A DNA stretch of 46,516 bases from assembly GCA_016867585.1 (NCBI GenBank), contig VGJF01000002.1:1-46516 (forward strand). The letters are read 5' to 3'. The position numbers were made by a program, and so were the translations under genes. The notes under the pieces were generated by a model. It worked only from the letters and a program-made list of their open reading frames with translations, ran no database searches and was not told the origin of the DNA. Below, one piece after another: positions 1 to 8,462 of the stretch (the stretch's first letter is position 1; every line of letters starts with the position of its first letter). The DNA is from Candidatus Aminicenantes bacterium. GTDB taxonomy: Bacteria; Acidobacteriota; Aminicenantia; Aminicenantales; UBA4085.

Positions 1-1352
1 GCCCGGAGGAATTCGACCTGGGCGAGGATGAGCCGTCCGCTGATGACCATCTTGACGTCGAGAGGCGTCCGGAGGGCTTTCTGGAGGGCCAATTCGGCGT
101 TCAGGAGGTCTCCCCGAGCATGATACGCCGTCGCCGTCTGGTAGGAGAGGAAGCCTTCCTCGGGAAACCGGCGCGCGGCGTCCTCGAAGAAGCCGATGTT
201 CGTCCGGTAGTCGTAGGCGTTGAGGACGACCGAGGGGATGAAGAGGAGGAAGATTCCGAAGGCGACGGCGTTCCGCTGCAGCTCCTTGAGGCGGCCCAGG
301 GCCCGGACGAGAATCCAGGTGGCGGCGAGGGCGGGAATCATCATGTACCTGGCGTAAAGGTGATAGCTGACGAACGCGGCGAAGACGAGGCCGAGAGAGC
401 CGGCGACGAATCCGGCGAGGAGGGCGACCGGAGTGGCGAAGGCTTTCCGTCGCCAGGCGAGATATGCCAGGGCCAGCAGGGCCAGGCCGAAGGCGATCCC
501 GAAGACGAGATATCGGGGCTTGGCCAGTTCGGCGTCCGGGAGGAAGCGGTCATAGACGACCGGGAAGACGATCGACCGGCCGTAGTACCCGGCCGCGGCG
601 ACGAGCTTGAGGATATTTTTGCCCAGTCCGGGCAGGAACCGCATCGCCGGATTGCCCATCCCCAGGACGCCGACCTTGAGGACGAAGAATCCCGCGACGA
701 CGGCCAGGTTGGCGAGATGATACGCCGGCGTCAGGCGCTTCCGGCGGACGAGCTCGAAGACGACGAGGGCGGGGAGGAAGAAGAGGAAGCTCTCCTTGGA
801 GAACAGGCCGAGGGCGAAAGCCGCGGAGGACCAGAGCCAGCGCCCGCCTCCCGGGCGTTCGACCTGGCGGGCGAGAGCGAGGAGGGCCAGGCTTCCGAAG
901 AGAAGGAGGAAGAGGTCGCAGCGGCCGACGATCCAGACGACGTTGTCCGCGTTCAGGGGGTTCAGGGCGAAGAGGAGGGTCGTGACTTCGGCGAACGAGC
1001 CTTTCTCGGACTGTTTCCTGAGGAAGGCGTAGAGGGCGATGAGGCCGAGGACGTAGAGGGCGAGATTGACGAGCCGCATGCTCCAGGGCCGGAGGCCCCA
1101 GAGGTCGCGCTCGAGAAGGAACGAAGCCGTGACGACGGGCCGATAATAGAGAAAGCGGACGGCCTTCTCTCCGGGCTCGACGAAATACCCCAGCTTGAAC
1201 GCCTCCCAGGTCTTGTGGGAGGAGAAGAACGGGTTGTCCTCCCGGAGGAAATCGGCGTCGTCCCAGACGGGGTCATAGGAGAGGGTCCGGAAATAGACGC
1301 CGAAGACCGTGACGGCCAGGAGGAGGACGAAAACGGCCCCGCGATGTTTCAT
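1..1352 (-). CDS. Multi-pass membrane protein with C-terminal TPR repeats (GT-C/PMT-like, TMTC-type); 3' end cut by the window edge
   Basis: Own translation from ATG (cat at 1350-1352): MKHRGAVFVLLLAVTVFGVYFRTL... It has many hydrophobic helices, then a TPR-like tail (YQTATAYHARGDLLNAELALQKAL). GC3-rich codon usage. Not in the ORF track because there is no stop in the window. Confidence 0.6.
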   Translation of the reverse strand, partial: MKHRGAVFVLLLAVTVFGVYFRTLSYDPVWDDADFLREDNPFFSSHKTWEAFKLGYFVEPGEKAVRFLYYRPVVTASFLLERDLWGLRPWSMRLVNLALYVLGLIALYAFLRKQSEKGSFAEVTTLLFALNPLNADNVVWIVGRCDLFLLLFGSLALLALARQVERPGGGRWLWSSAAFALGLFSKESFLFFLPALVVFELVRRKRLTPAYHLANLAVVAGFFVLKVGVLGMGNPAMRFLPGLGKNILKLVAAAGYYGRSIVFPVVYDRFLPDAELAKPRYLVFGIAFGLALLALAYLAWRRKAFATPVALLAGFVAGSLGLVFAAFVSYHLYARYMMIPALAATWILVRALGRLKELQRNAVAFGIFLLFIPSVVLNAYDYRTNIGFFEDAARRFPEEGFLSYQTATAYHARGDLLNAELALQKALRTPLDVKMVISGRLILAQVEFLR

Positions 1353-1370
1353 CGGAGGCCTATTCTATCA

Positions 1371-1424
1371 AAAAGAAAAAGGGGACGGTTCTATTTTCGG
1401 CTGAAAATAGAACCGTCCCCTTTT
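1371..1424 (-). terminator. Rho-independent terminator (bidirectional shape) after the redox operon
   Basis: Perfect 17-bp stem ggggacggttctatttt (1381-1397) / aaaatagaaccgtcccc (1404-1420), 6-nt loop, A-run upstream and T-run downstream. Confidence 0.7.
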
Positions 1425-1442
1425 GAGTTTAAAGCGAAGAGT

Positions 1443-3020
1443 TCAGCCCTTGAGGATCTGGCTGACCTCGTCCTTGTCGACGTCGAGGATGTAGGGGATG
1501 CCGCTGATGTCGGAGGCTTCCTTGGTCAGGGAGGCGATGTCGTCCCGGGTGATGTAGCTCAGGGCGAACTTCCGGTTGCCGGCCATGAGCTGGCGCAATC
1601 CCTGGTCGAGGCGCTTGAAGTAGCTGTAAACGCCCATCGCCCCGGGCGGGAGGTTCTCGAACCGCTTGCCGTACTTCCGCTTGAGCTCGGGGGCGGTGAC
1701 GAAGATCTCCTCTCGGGAGTTGCCGAACCGCTCGACGTAGACCGGGATTTGGCCTTCGTCGATCCGCCGGCCGATCGTCTTGCCGACCATGGCCGCGGCC
1801 AGGGGGCTGCGGGCCATCCCGACGGCCTTGACGTAGGGCGCGCCCAGGGACAAGGCCTTGAAGATCTGGTCCTCGAAGGTGATTCCCCCGGCGAAGACGA
1901 TGTCGGGGAGGTATTCGCCCCGCTTGGCCAGGATATCCGCGTATTTGTAGGTCAGGCTCCAGATCTCGACGCTCGGGATGCCCCACTCGTTCATCATCCG
2001 CCAGGGGCTCATCCCCGTCCCGCCGCCGGCGCCGTCCACGGTCAGCATGTCGAGCTTGGCCTTGGAGGCGTACTTGACCGCCCGGGCGAGGTCGGCCGGC
2101 CGGTAGGCGCCCGTCTTCAGAAAGACGTGCTTCGCCCCGGCCTTGCGGAGCTCCGCGACGCGCTTCATGAAGCTCTCTTCCTCGACCATCCCCAACCGGG
2201 AATGGCGCTCGAACTCCTTGAAGCCGCCCTTCTCGAAGGCGGCGATGACGTTCGGGTCCTCGGGATCGGGAAGGACGATGTAGCCCCGCTTCCGGAGATC
2301 CTGGGCCTTCTTGAGGTTCTTGATCTTGACCTCGCCGCCGATGTCCTTGGCCCCCTGGCCCCACTTCAGCTCGACGGTGTCGACCTTGAGCTTCTGGATG
2401 GCGTACTCCTGGATGCCGAGGCGGGTGTCCTCGACGTTGGCCTGGACGACGACCGTCCCGTAGCCGTCCTGCCAGTCCTTGTAGAGCTTGACCCGCGTCT
2501 CGAGGTCCTTGGAGCGGACGATCCGGCCGTTCTTGATCTCGGAGTCGTCGTCCATCCCGCCGACGTTCTCGCCGACGGTCAGGATCGCGCCCGAGACGGC
2601 CGCCCCGATGGCCAGCCCTTCCCAGTTCTGCTTGGCGACATTGGTCGAACCCATGCCGCCCAGGACGAACGGGACCTTGAGCTTGATGTCCTTGTCCTTC
2701 CCCACGGCCGTCTCGATCGAGACTTTCTCGAACGTCGCCTTGTCGCTGTCGGCCTCGACGCCGTGGGCCCCGACGGCCGTCCCCATGATGCTGAAGTGAG
2801 AGAGGTCGTAGGGGTATTCCTTCTCCGAGCCGGCGGTGATGATCCCGAACGGCTGGGGATAGAGGACTTCGGCCCCGCGGTAGGCGGATTTGCCGATCTC
2901 GCACATCCCGATGCAGCCGTCGACGCAGGTCACGCACATCCCGCTGAAGGGGCTGATCGAGCCTTCGGTCCGGTTCTTGGTCAGGGTCGCCGCGCTTCGG
3001 TTGAGTTTCGTATAAGACAT
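1443..3020 (-). CDS. Glutamate synthase-related FMN-domain protein (GltB domain-2-like, stand-alone)
   Basis: 525 aa. TIM-barrel FMN domain pattern (GGMGS, VELKWGQGAKDIGGE, TVDGAGGGTGMSP, VFAGGI). N-terminal Cys motif CVTCVDGCIGMCEIG. No amidotransferase domain and no GXGXG domain. Confidence 0.85.
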   Translation of the reverse strand: MSYTKLNRSAATLTKNRTEGSISPFSGMCVTCVDGCIGMCEIGKSAYRGAEVLYPQPFGIITAGSEKEYPYDLSHFSIMGTAVGAHGVEADSDKATFEKVSIETAVGKDKDIKLKVPFVLGGMGSTNVAKQNWEGLAIGAAVSGAILTVGENVGGMDDDSEIKNGRIVRSKDLETRVKLYKDWQDGYGTVVVQANVEDTRLGIQEYAIQKLKVDTVELKWGQGAKDIGGEVKIKNLKKAQDLRKRGYIVLPDPEDPNVIAAFEKGGFKEFERHSRLGMVEEESFMKRVAELRKAGAKHVFLKTGAYRPADLARAVKYASKAKLDMLTVDGAGGGTGMSPWRMMNEWGIPSVEIWSLTYKYADILAKRGEYLPDIVFAGGITFEDQIFKALSLGAPYVKAVGMARSPLAAAMVGKTIGRRIDEGQIPVYVERFGNSREEIFVTAPELKRKYGKRFENLPPGAMGVYSYFKRLDQGLRQLMAGNRKFALSYITRDDIASLTKEASDISGIPYILDVDKDEVSQILKG

Positions 3021-3044
3021 CTTCGTTTCCTCCTTGTCGAAAAG

Positions 3045-3728
3045 TTATTTGGATTTGTCCTGGACGCAGGTGCCGCACCGGCCGGCGTCGTACATCCAGC
3101 AGTTCAGTTCGCCGTATTCTTCGAGGCAGGTCGGCTCGATCTGCAGGCAGGCGTTGCAGATGTCCGTCTCGGCGCTCGGGCCCTGGCAGCGGGCCGAACA
3201 GGCCGGGCAGATGTAGATGCAGGCCCCGCAGAGCCGGCAGTCCTCGGACCGGATGTCGAAGGGGGTCGAGATCTTCCGCTTGTGGCCCCGGTTCTGGAAG
3301 CCGATGGCCCGGGCGTCCATCTGCTCGTCGCACATCCGGACGCACAGGCCGCAGTAGACGCATTCCTCGTTGCGCGGCGGGTAGCGCTGTTCCGTCACGC
3401 CGAACTTCGAGGCCAGGTCCTGGATCTTCTTCGACATGGGCGCGGTCGAGAGCATGAGCTCGATCATCATCCGCCGCGCCCGGATGACCCGTTTCGTGTC
3501 CGTCTGGACGACCAGGCCTTCCTCGGCGGGATAGGTGCAGGAGGAGACGAGCCGCGTCTTGGGCTTGGCCCCGATCTCGACGACGCACAGGCGGCAGCCC
3601 CCCCAGGGGGTCAGCCCCTCGTTGTGGCACAGGGTCGGGATCTCCAGCCCGTAAAACTGGGCCGTCTCGAGGAGCGTCCAGCCCTCCTCGGCCTGGACTT
3701 CCAAGCCGTTCATGATGAGGCGGATCAT
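3045..3728 (-). CDS. 2Fe-2S plus 2x[4Fe-4S] iron-sulfur protein (NuoG/HydA N-terminal-like) with a Cys-rich tail
   Basis: Real gene is the C-terminal 227 aa of track ORF 3045..5441, starting at MIRLIMNGLEV. Motifs: CHNEGLTPWGGCRLC, CVYCGLCVRMC, CRLCGACIYICP. Its start overlaps the upstream stop (ATGA, 3725-3728). Confidence 0.8.
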   Translation of the reverse strand: MIRLIMNGLEVQAEEGWTLLETAQFYGLEIPTLCHNEGLTPWGGCRLCVVEIGAKPKTRLVSSCTYPAEEGLVVQTDTKRVIRARRMMIELMLSTAPMSKKIQDLASKFGVTEQRYPPRNEECVYCGLCVRMCDEQMDARAIGFQNRGHKRKISTPFDIRSEDCRLCGACIYICPACSARCQGPSAETDICNACLQIEPTCLEEYGELNCWMYDAGRCGTCVQDKSK

Positions 3729-6700
3729 GGATTCCCTCCTAAGGCGGCCTTGCCGTCCTCGGTCTCCAGGTCGCAGCGCAGGCAGCGCCGCGCTTCCCGG
3801 CAGGCCGACGCTTCGGAAAGCGTCCTTTCGACTTCGCGGAAATTCTTCCGCCGCTGGGCCGGCGACAGGGTGGGGATTTTCGGCCGCTCCGCCCGGGCCG
3901 CCTCCGCTTCGGAAACGGAAACGGAGGGAACGTACGTCGACGGCCGAGTCAGCCAGTAATCGCGTTGCATCGGCAGGCCGCGGATGTATTTCTCGATCAT
4001 CTCGGCCGCGACCTTGCCCGCGGCCATGGCTTCGACGACCATGTTCGGGCCGGTCACGGCGTCGCCCCCGGCGAAGACTCCGGCCCGGGTCGTCATGGCC
4101 GTCTCTTCGTCGATGTGGATGTTCTCCTCGACCCGACGGATTTCGTCGCCCTCGCCGATGTAGGACGTGTCGGGGCGCTCGCTGATGGCCAGGATGAGGG
4201 TGTCGAGAGGCATCGTGAAGTTCGAGCCCTCGACGGGCACCGGCCTCCGCCGTCCGCTCGAGTCCTTGTCGCCGAGCCTCATCCGGACGCACTCGATGGC
4301 CGTCGCCTTGCCGTAGGCGGTGATGACCCGGACCGGGGCGACGAGGAACTGGAGATCGATCCCTTCCTCGATGGCCGCGTCGACCTCCTCGGCCAGGGCC
4401 GGCATTTCCGCCTTCGTCCGGCGGTAGAGGATCGAGACCTTCTCGCAGCCCGGCTGCCGGTGGGCGGCTCGGGCGGCGTCGATCGCCGAGTTGCCGCCGC
4501 CGACGACGCAGACCCGCTTGCCGACGGGAACGGTCCGGCCGAGGTTGATTTCCCGGAGATACTCCAGGGAGTGGAGGACGCCCTCGGCCTCCTCGCCGGG
4601 GATGCCCATGGCCAGGGACTTCCCGGCCCCCGTGGCGCAGAAGACGGCCTTGTAACCGTCCCGGAACAGGCCGTCGATGGTGATGTCGCGGCCGAGGACC
4701 TGGCCCGTTCGGATCGTCACGCCCGAGGCCTTGATGAAATCGACCTCGCGGGCGACGATCTCTTTGGGAAGACGGTGGTCGGGAATGCCGACGGCCGTCA
4801 TCCCTCCGGAGACGGGCAGGGCCTCGTAGATCGTCGGCCGGTAACCCTTCCGGGCGAGGAAATATCCGGCCGTCAGGCCGGCCGGCCCGCCGCCGATGAT
4901 GGCGACCTTTTCCTTGTTCTGGCGGAGGGGTTCGGGGACATAGCGGACCCCGTTGGCTTCGGCCCAGTCGAGGACGAAGCGCTTGATGGCCCGGATCGAG
5001 ATCGGCTCGCCCGACTCGCCGGCCCGGCAGGCCAGCTCGCAGGGATGGTGGCAAACCCGGGCGCAGATCGAAGGCAGGGGATTGTCCTTGAGAATGACCC
5101 GGTAGGCCTCCTCGTACCGGCCTTGGGAAACCAGGGCGATGTAGGTCGAGGCCTCCTGGCCGATCGGGCAGACGTAGTGGCAGGGGGACGAGACGATCTC
5201 CTTGCAGACCAGGGCCGGGCACTTCTTGCGCCGGATGTGCTGGCGGTACTCGGCCTTGAAGTACTTGAGGGTCGAAAGGACGGGGTTGGCCGCGTTCTGG
5301 CCCAGGCCGCACATCGAGGCGTCCTTGACCGATTCGGCCAGCTCCTCGAGGAGGACGAGGTCGTCGTCCTTCCCCTGTCCCTTGGAGATCCGCTCGACGA
5401 TCTCCCAGAGCCGCTGGGTCCCCTCGCGGCAGGACAGGCACTTGCCGCAGGACTCGTCCCGGAGGAAATTCAGGAAGTACTTGGCCACGTCGACCATGCA
5501 GGTCGATTCGTCCATGACGATCATCCCCCCCGAGCCCATGATCGAGCCGGCCGCGGCCAGGCTCTCATAGTCGATCGGGAGGTCGATCTTCGAGGCCGGC
5601 AGGCAGCCGCCGGCCGGGCCCCCGGTCTGGACGGCCTTGAACCTCTTGTCGCCCGGGATCCCTCCGCCGATGTCGTAGATGATCTCCCGAAGGGTGATCC
5701 CCATCGGGACCTCGACGAGGCCGGTGTTGTTGATCTTGCCGACGAGCGAGAAGATCTTGGTTCCCTTGCTGCCGGCCGTGCCGATCGAGGCAAAGGCCGC
5801 CCCCCCCTTGGTGATGACGAGGGGGACGGTCCCCCAGGTTTCGACGTTGTTGATGACCGTCGGCTTTCCCAGAAGGCCCTTGATCGCGGGGTAAGGCGGC
5901 CGCTGGCGCGGTTCGCCGACCTTCCCTTCGATCGAGGCGATCATGGCCGTCTCTTCGCCGCAGACGAAGGCCCCGGCCCCTTTGGCGATCCGGAAGTCGA
6001 AGTCGAAGCCCGTCCCGAGGATATTCTCCCCGAGGAGGCCGGCGCCCCGGAGGGCCTCGATGGCCGCCGTGACGTTCTCCACGGCCAGAGGGTACTCGTC
6101 ACGGACGTAGATGATCCCCTCCCGGGCGCCGATGGCGAAGGCGCCGATCATCATCCCCTCGAGGACGCGATGGGGATTGCCCTCGAGGAGGCTGCGGTCC
6201 ATGTACGCCCCGGGGTCGCCTTCGTCGGCGTTGCAGATGATGTATTTTGGGGCGGCTTTTTGGGCGCGGGCGACTTCCCACTTCCTTCCCGTCGGGAAGC
6301 CGGCGCCGCCCCGCCCCCGAAGGCCCGAGGTCTTGACCTCGCCGATGACCTCCTCGGGGCTCATCTTGGTGAGGACCTTGAGAAGGGCGCCGTAGCCGCC
6401 GATCGAAAAATAATCGTCGATCCGGGTCGGATCGATGAGGGCGTTGTCGCCGAGAACGAACCGGTTCTGCTTCTTGTAGAACGGGATTTCGTGCTCCCGT
6501 CGGGCCGTCCCCCCCGTCGCCGGGTCCTTGTAGAGGAGGTCCTCGAGGACCTGTTTCTTCTTGACCGTCCGGCCGACGATGTCGTCGGCCCTCTTGGGGT
6601 CGACCTTCTGGTAGAAAAGGTCCTGGGGCTGGATGATGATGTTGGGTTCGGCCTCGCAGAAGCCGTGGCAGCCGGTCACCCGGACCCGGACGTTCTTCTC

Positions 6701-6883
6701 CAGCTTGGAGGCCTTGAGGGATTTCTCCAGGGCGGAGATGACCTTGAGGGATCCCCGGGCCCGGCCGCACGTGCCCGCCGAAACGGTCAGGACGGGGCGC
6801 TTGTCCTCGGTCCGCCGCTTCTTGAGGCCGGAGATGCGGTTCTTGAGATCCCGGGTTGTCTTGAGGACGGGAAGGGCTTTCAT
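3725..6883 (-). CDS. Fusion protein: thioredoxin-like [2Fe-2S] + NuoF-like NAD(H)/FMN module + GltD/NfnB-like FAD/NAD(P)H oxidoreductase
   Basis: 1052 aa. NuoF-type motifs: GLRGRGGAGFPTGRKW, ICNADEGDPGA, ESCGKCLSCREG. GltD-type motifs: NPLPSICARVCHHPCELACR, VAIIGGGPAGLTAG, VCVVGGGNSAIDAARAA, GVFAGGDAVTG. Confidence 0.85.
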   Translation of the reverse strand: MKALPVLKTTRDLKNRISGLKKRRTEDKRPVLTVSAGTCGRARGSLKVISALEKSLKASKLEKNVRVRVTGCHGFCEAEPNIIIQPQDLFYQKVDPKRADDIVGRTVKKKQVLEDLLYKDPATGGTARREHEIPFYKKQNRFVLGDNALIDPTRIDDYFSIGGYGALLKVLTKMSPEEVIGEVKTSGLRGRGGAGFPTGRKWEVARAQKAAPKYIICNADEGDPGAYMDRSLLEGNPHRVLEGMMIGAFAIGAREGIIYVRDEYPLAVENVTAAIEALRGAGLLGENILGTGFDFDFRIAKGAGAFVCGEETAMIASIEGKVGEPRQRPPYPAIKGLLGKPTVINNVETWGTVPLVITKGGAAFASIGTAGSKGTKIFSLVGKINNTGLVEVPMGITLREIIYDIGGGIPGDKRFKAVQTGGPAGGCLPASKIDLPIDYESLAAAGSIMGSGGMIVMDESTCMVDVAKYFLNFLRDESCGKCLSCREGTQRLWEIVERISKGQGKDDDLVLLEELAESVKDASMCGLGQNAANPVLSTLKYFKAEYRQHIRRKKCPALVCKEIVSSPCHYVCPIGQEASTYIALVSQGRYEEAYRVILKDNPLPSICARVCHHPCELACRAGESGEPISIRAIKRFVLDWAEANGVRYVPEPLRQNKEKVAIIGGGPAGLTAGYFLARKGYRPTIYEALPVSGGMTAVGIPDHRLPKEIVAREVDFIKASGVTIRTGQVLGRDITIDGLFRDGYKAVFCATGAGKSLAMGIPGEEAEGVLHSLEYLREINLGRTVPVGKRVCVVGGGNSAIDAARAAHRQPGCEKVSILYRRTKAEMPALAEEVDAAIEEGIDLQFLVAPVRVITAYGKATAIECVRMRLGDKDSSGRRRPVPVEGSNFTMPLDTLILAISERPDTSYIGEGDEIRRVEENIHIDEETAMTTRAGVFAGGDAVTGPNMVVEAMAAGKVAAEMIEKYIRGLPMQRDYWLTRPSTYVPSVSVSEAEAARAERPKIPTLSPAQRRKNFREVERTLSEASACREARRCLRCDLETEDGKAALGGNP

Positions 6884-7356
6884 GAAGGCCTCCCCGGCTT
6901 CCGGTACCTTTTCAGGATCCCGTCCACCTTCCGGGTCGTCGTGTGGGCGTGGTAATCGCGGTCGACGACGACGACCGGGCCGATGGCGCAGCAGCCGAGA
7001 CAGGCCACGGTCTCGAGGGTGAACTGGCCGTCGGGAGTCGTCTCCCCGGGCTGGACGGCCAGCTTGCGCTCGAATTCCTCCAGGATTTTCGGACCCCCGC
7101 GGATGTGGCAGGCCGTCCCCAGGCAGACGGTGACGATGTGGCGTCCCCGCGGCTTCAGACTGAAGGCGCGGTAGAACGTCGCCACGCCGATCACGTCGAT
7201 GAGGGGGACGCCCAAGGATCGGGCCACGGCGCGGAGGGCGTCGGGCGGAAGGTAGTTGTGCTCCGCCTGGATGTCCTGGAGGATCGCGATGAGCGCCTTT
7301 TTCTGGCTCTTGTGCTTGAGGATCGAGGCCTTCACGCGGTCGATTTGGACATCCAC
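6880..7356 (-). CDS. NuoE/HydC-like thioredoxin-fold [2Fe-2S] ferredoxin subunit
   Basis: 158 aa. Motifs: LIAILQDIQAEHNYLP, VCLGTACHIRG, VACLGCCAIGPVV. 4-nt overlap with the downstream NuoF-GltD gene. Confidence 0.85.
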   Translation of the reverse strand: MDVQIDRVKASILKHKSQKKALIAILQDIQAEHNYLPPDALRAVARSLGVPLIDVIGVATFYRAFSLKPRGRHIVTVCLGTACHIRGGPKILEEFERKLAVQPGETTPDGQFTLETVACLGCCAIGPVVVVDRDYHAHTTTRKVDGILKRYRKPGRPS

Positions 7357-7522
7357 GAATTTCCCTCCGTCAGAATGGGATTATGGACAGAGTGGCCGAC
7401 GACGGAATCACGGACGGGCCGAGGGTGGAGGAAGCTCCTCCCGTTGAACCGGCCCTTCGCCAGGCGATGAATGGATGACTCCAGTTTCAAATGTTTTTAT
7501 GAATAACTAAACGAGAAAAAAC

Positions 7523-7551
7523 CTTATAACAGAGAAAAAACGCCTTGTCAA
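7523..7551 (-). promoter_or_regulatory. Sigma70-type promoter for the NuoE-led operon (TTGACA-17-TATAAG on the minus strand), about 165-nt leader
   Basis: Minus strand reads TTGACA (7551-7546), 17-nt spacer, TATAAG (7528-7523), inside the only AT-rich stretch of the intergenic region. Confidence 0.45.
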
Positions 7552-7576
7552 GGCGGAAAATAATTAACAAACATGG

Positions 7577-7605
7577 TTTACATAGGGCCCTTTTTCCGGT
7601 ATCAT
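7577..7605 (+). promoter_or_regulatory. Sigma70-type promoter for the transposase-like ORF (TTTACA-17-TATCAT)
   Basis: TTTACA at 7577-7582, 17-nt spacer, TATCAT at 7600-7605. GGAGGA Shine-Dalgarno lies 4 nt before the ATG at 7626. Confidence 0.4.
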
Positions 7606-7625
7606 GAACTCCGGCGGAGGAGCGG

Positions 7626-8462
7626 ATGGAGGCTTCGGCGAACGGACGAAAGAGGGCCCGGCGAAGAGAAATTGTCCGCCGCGCCCGCCTCACGGGAAAC
7701 GTCGCCGAGGCCTGCCGCTTCCACGGGATCAGCCGGACAACCTTTTATAAATGGCTGCGCCGCTTCGAGAGCGAAGGCCCGGCCGGGCTGGACGACAAAT
7801 CGCGCCGCCCGCACGGCCATCCCCGCCGGACGCCGGCCGAGGTCGTGGCCAAGATCGTCTTTATCCGGCGGGTCTTCGGCCTGGGGCCGGCCGAGATCGG
7901 AAGGCGGCTCGAGTCCCTATCCGGATTTCGGATTTCCGGGCCCGGCGTCTGGAAAGTCCTCCGCCGCCTCGGCCTCCATCGCCGTTGCGGAGCGGGGCGC
8001 CGGCTCAGGGCCGAGGTCCCCCCGCCCGAGGAAAAGCGCGTCGTTCGCCTCGATGTCCGGCCGATCCAGAATCCCTTGGTCTCGAGGCGGCTGACCTACC
8101 TTTACATCGCCGCCGAAGAAGAGAGCGGCCTCCGCTTTATCCGGACGTTCGACCGGATCGAGCCGGCGACGGCCATCCGGTTCATCGAAGAGGCGATCCG
8201 CCGGCTTCCTTTTCGCGTTGGAGCGGTCAAAACCGACGCCGGCCCGGAATGGAAGGGCTATGTCCACGCCGGCCTCCTCGGCCGGGGGATCGATCATTTT
8301 GTCTCCAGGACGCGGAAACCGGACGAGAAGCTTCCCCTCGGCCATTCGGCCTGGGCCGACGGCCCTCCGGCCGGCCTCGAGGAGGGCCTTCTCGTGGAAC
8401 CGGAGGGTTTCCTGACCGAGGCCCTCCGGCGCTGGGAGCGCCTTTACAAGATCGGCAGATAG
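7626..8462 (+). mobile_element. IS481-family transposase-like ORF, shortened and catalytically degenerate; no IS ends seen
   Basis: N-terminal HTH pattern (GISRTTFYKWLRRFESEGPAGLDDKSRRPHGHPRRT). DDE-core remnants VRLDVRPI and AVKTDAGPEW are present. The usual PQTNGKVERF block carrying the third acidic residue is missing and the C-terminus is short (278 aa total). Confidence 0.6.

Noticed and set aside
120-3959. 1279-aa plus-strand ORF, the longest in the track
   Set aside because: The translation is E/G/D/R/A/P low-complexity with no motif. It runs antisense or off-frame across three minus-strand genes that have clear family signatures (TPR membrane protein, GltS FMN domain, Fe-S protein). 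This is the typical high-GC shadow ORF.
3965-6955. 996-aa plus-strand ORF, and the 798-aa minus ORF 3045..5441
   Set aside because: Both are shadows of the NuoF-GltD gene (3725..6883, minus). Only the C-terminal 227 aa of 3045..5441 (from MIRLIMNG) is a real gene.
7357-7522. Possible riboswitch (for example glutamine-type) in the leader of about 165 nt of the NuoE/GltS-like operon
   Set aside because: The only structure I can see is a short GGAGGA-agc-TCCTCC hairpin (about 7427-7441). I could not match the conserved core of any riboswitch class I remember. A covariance-model scan (Rfam/Infernal) would be needed to decide.
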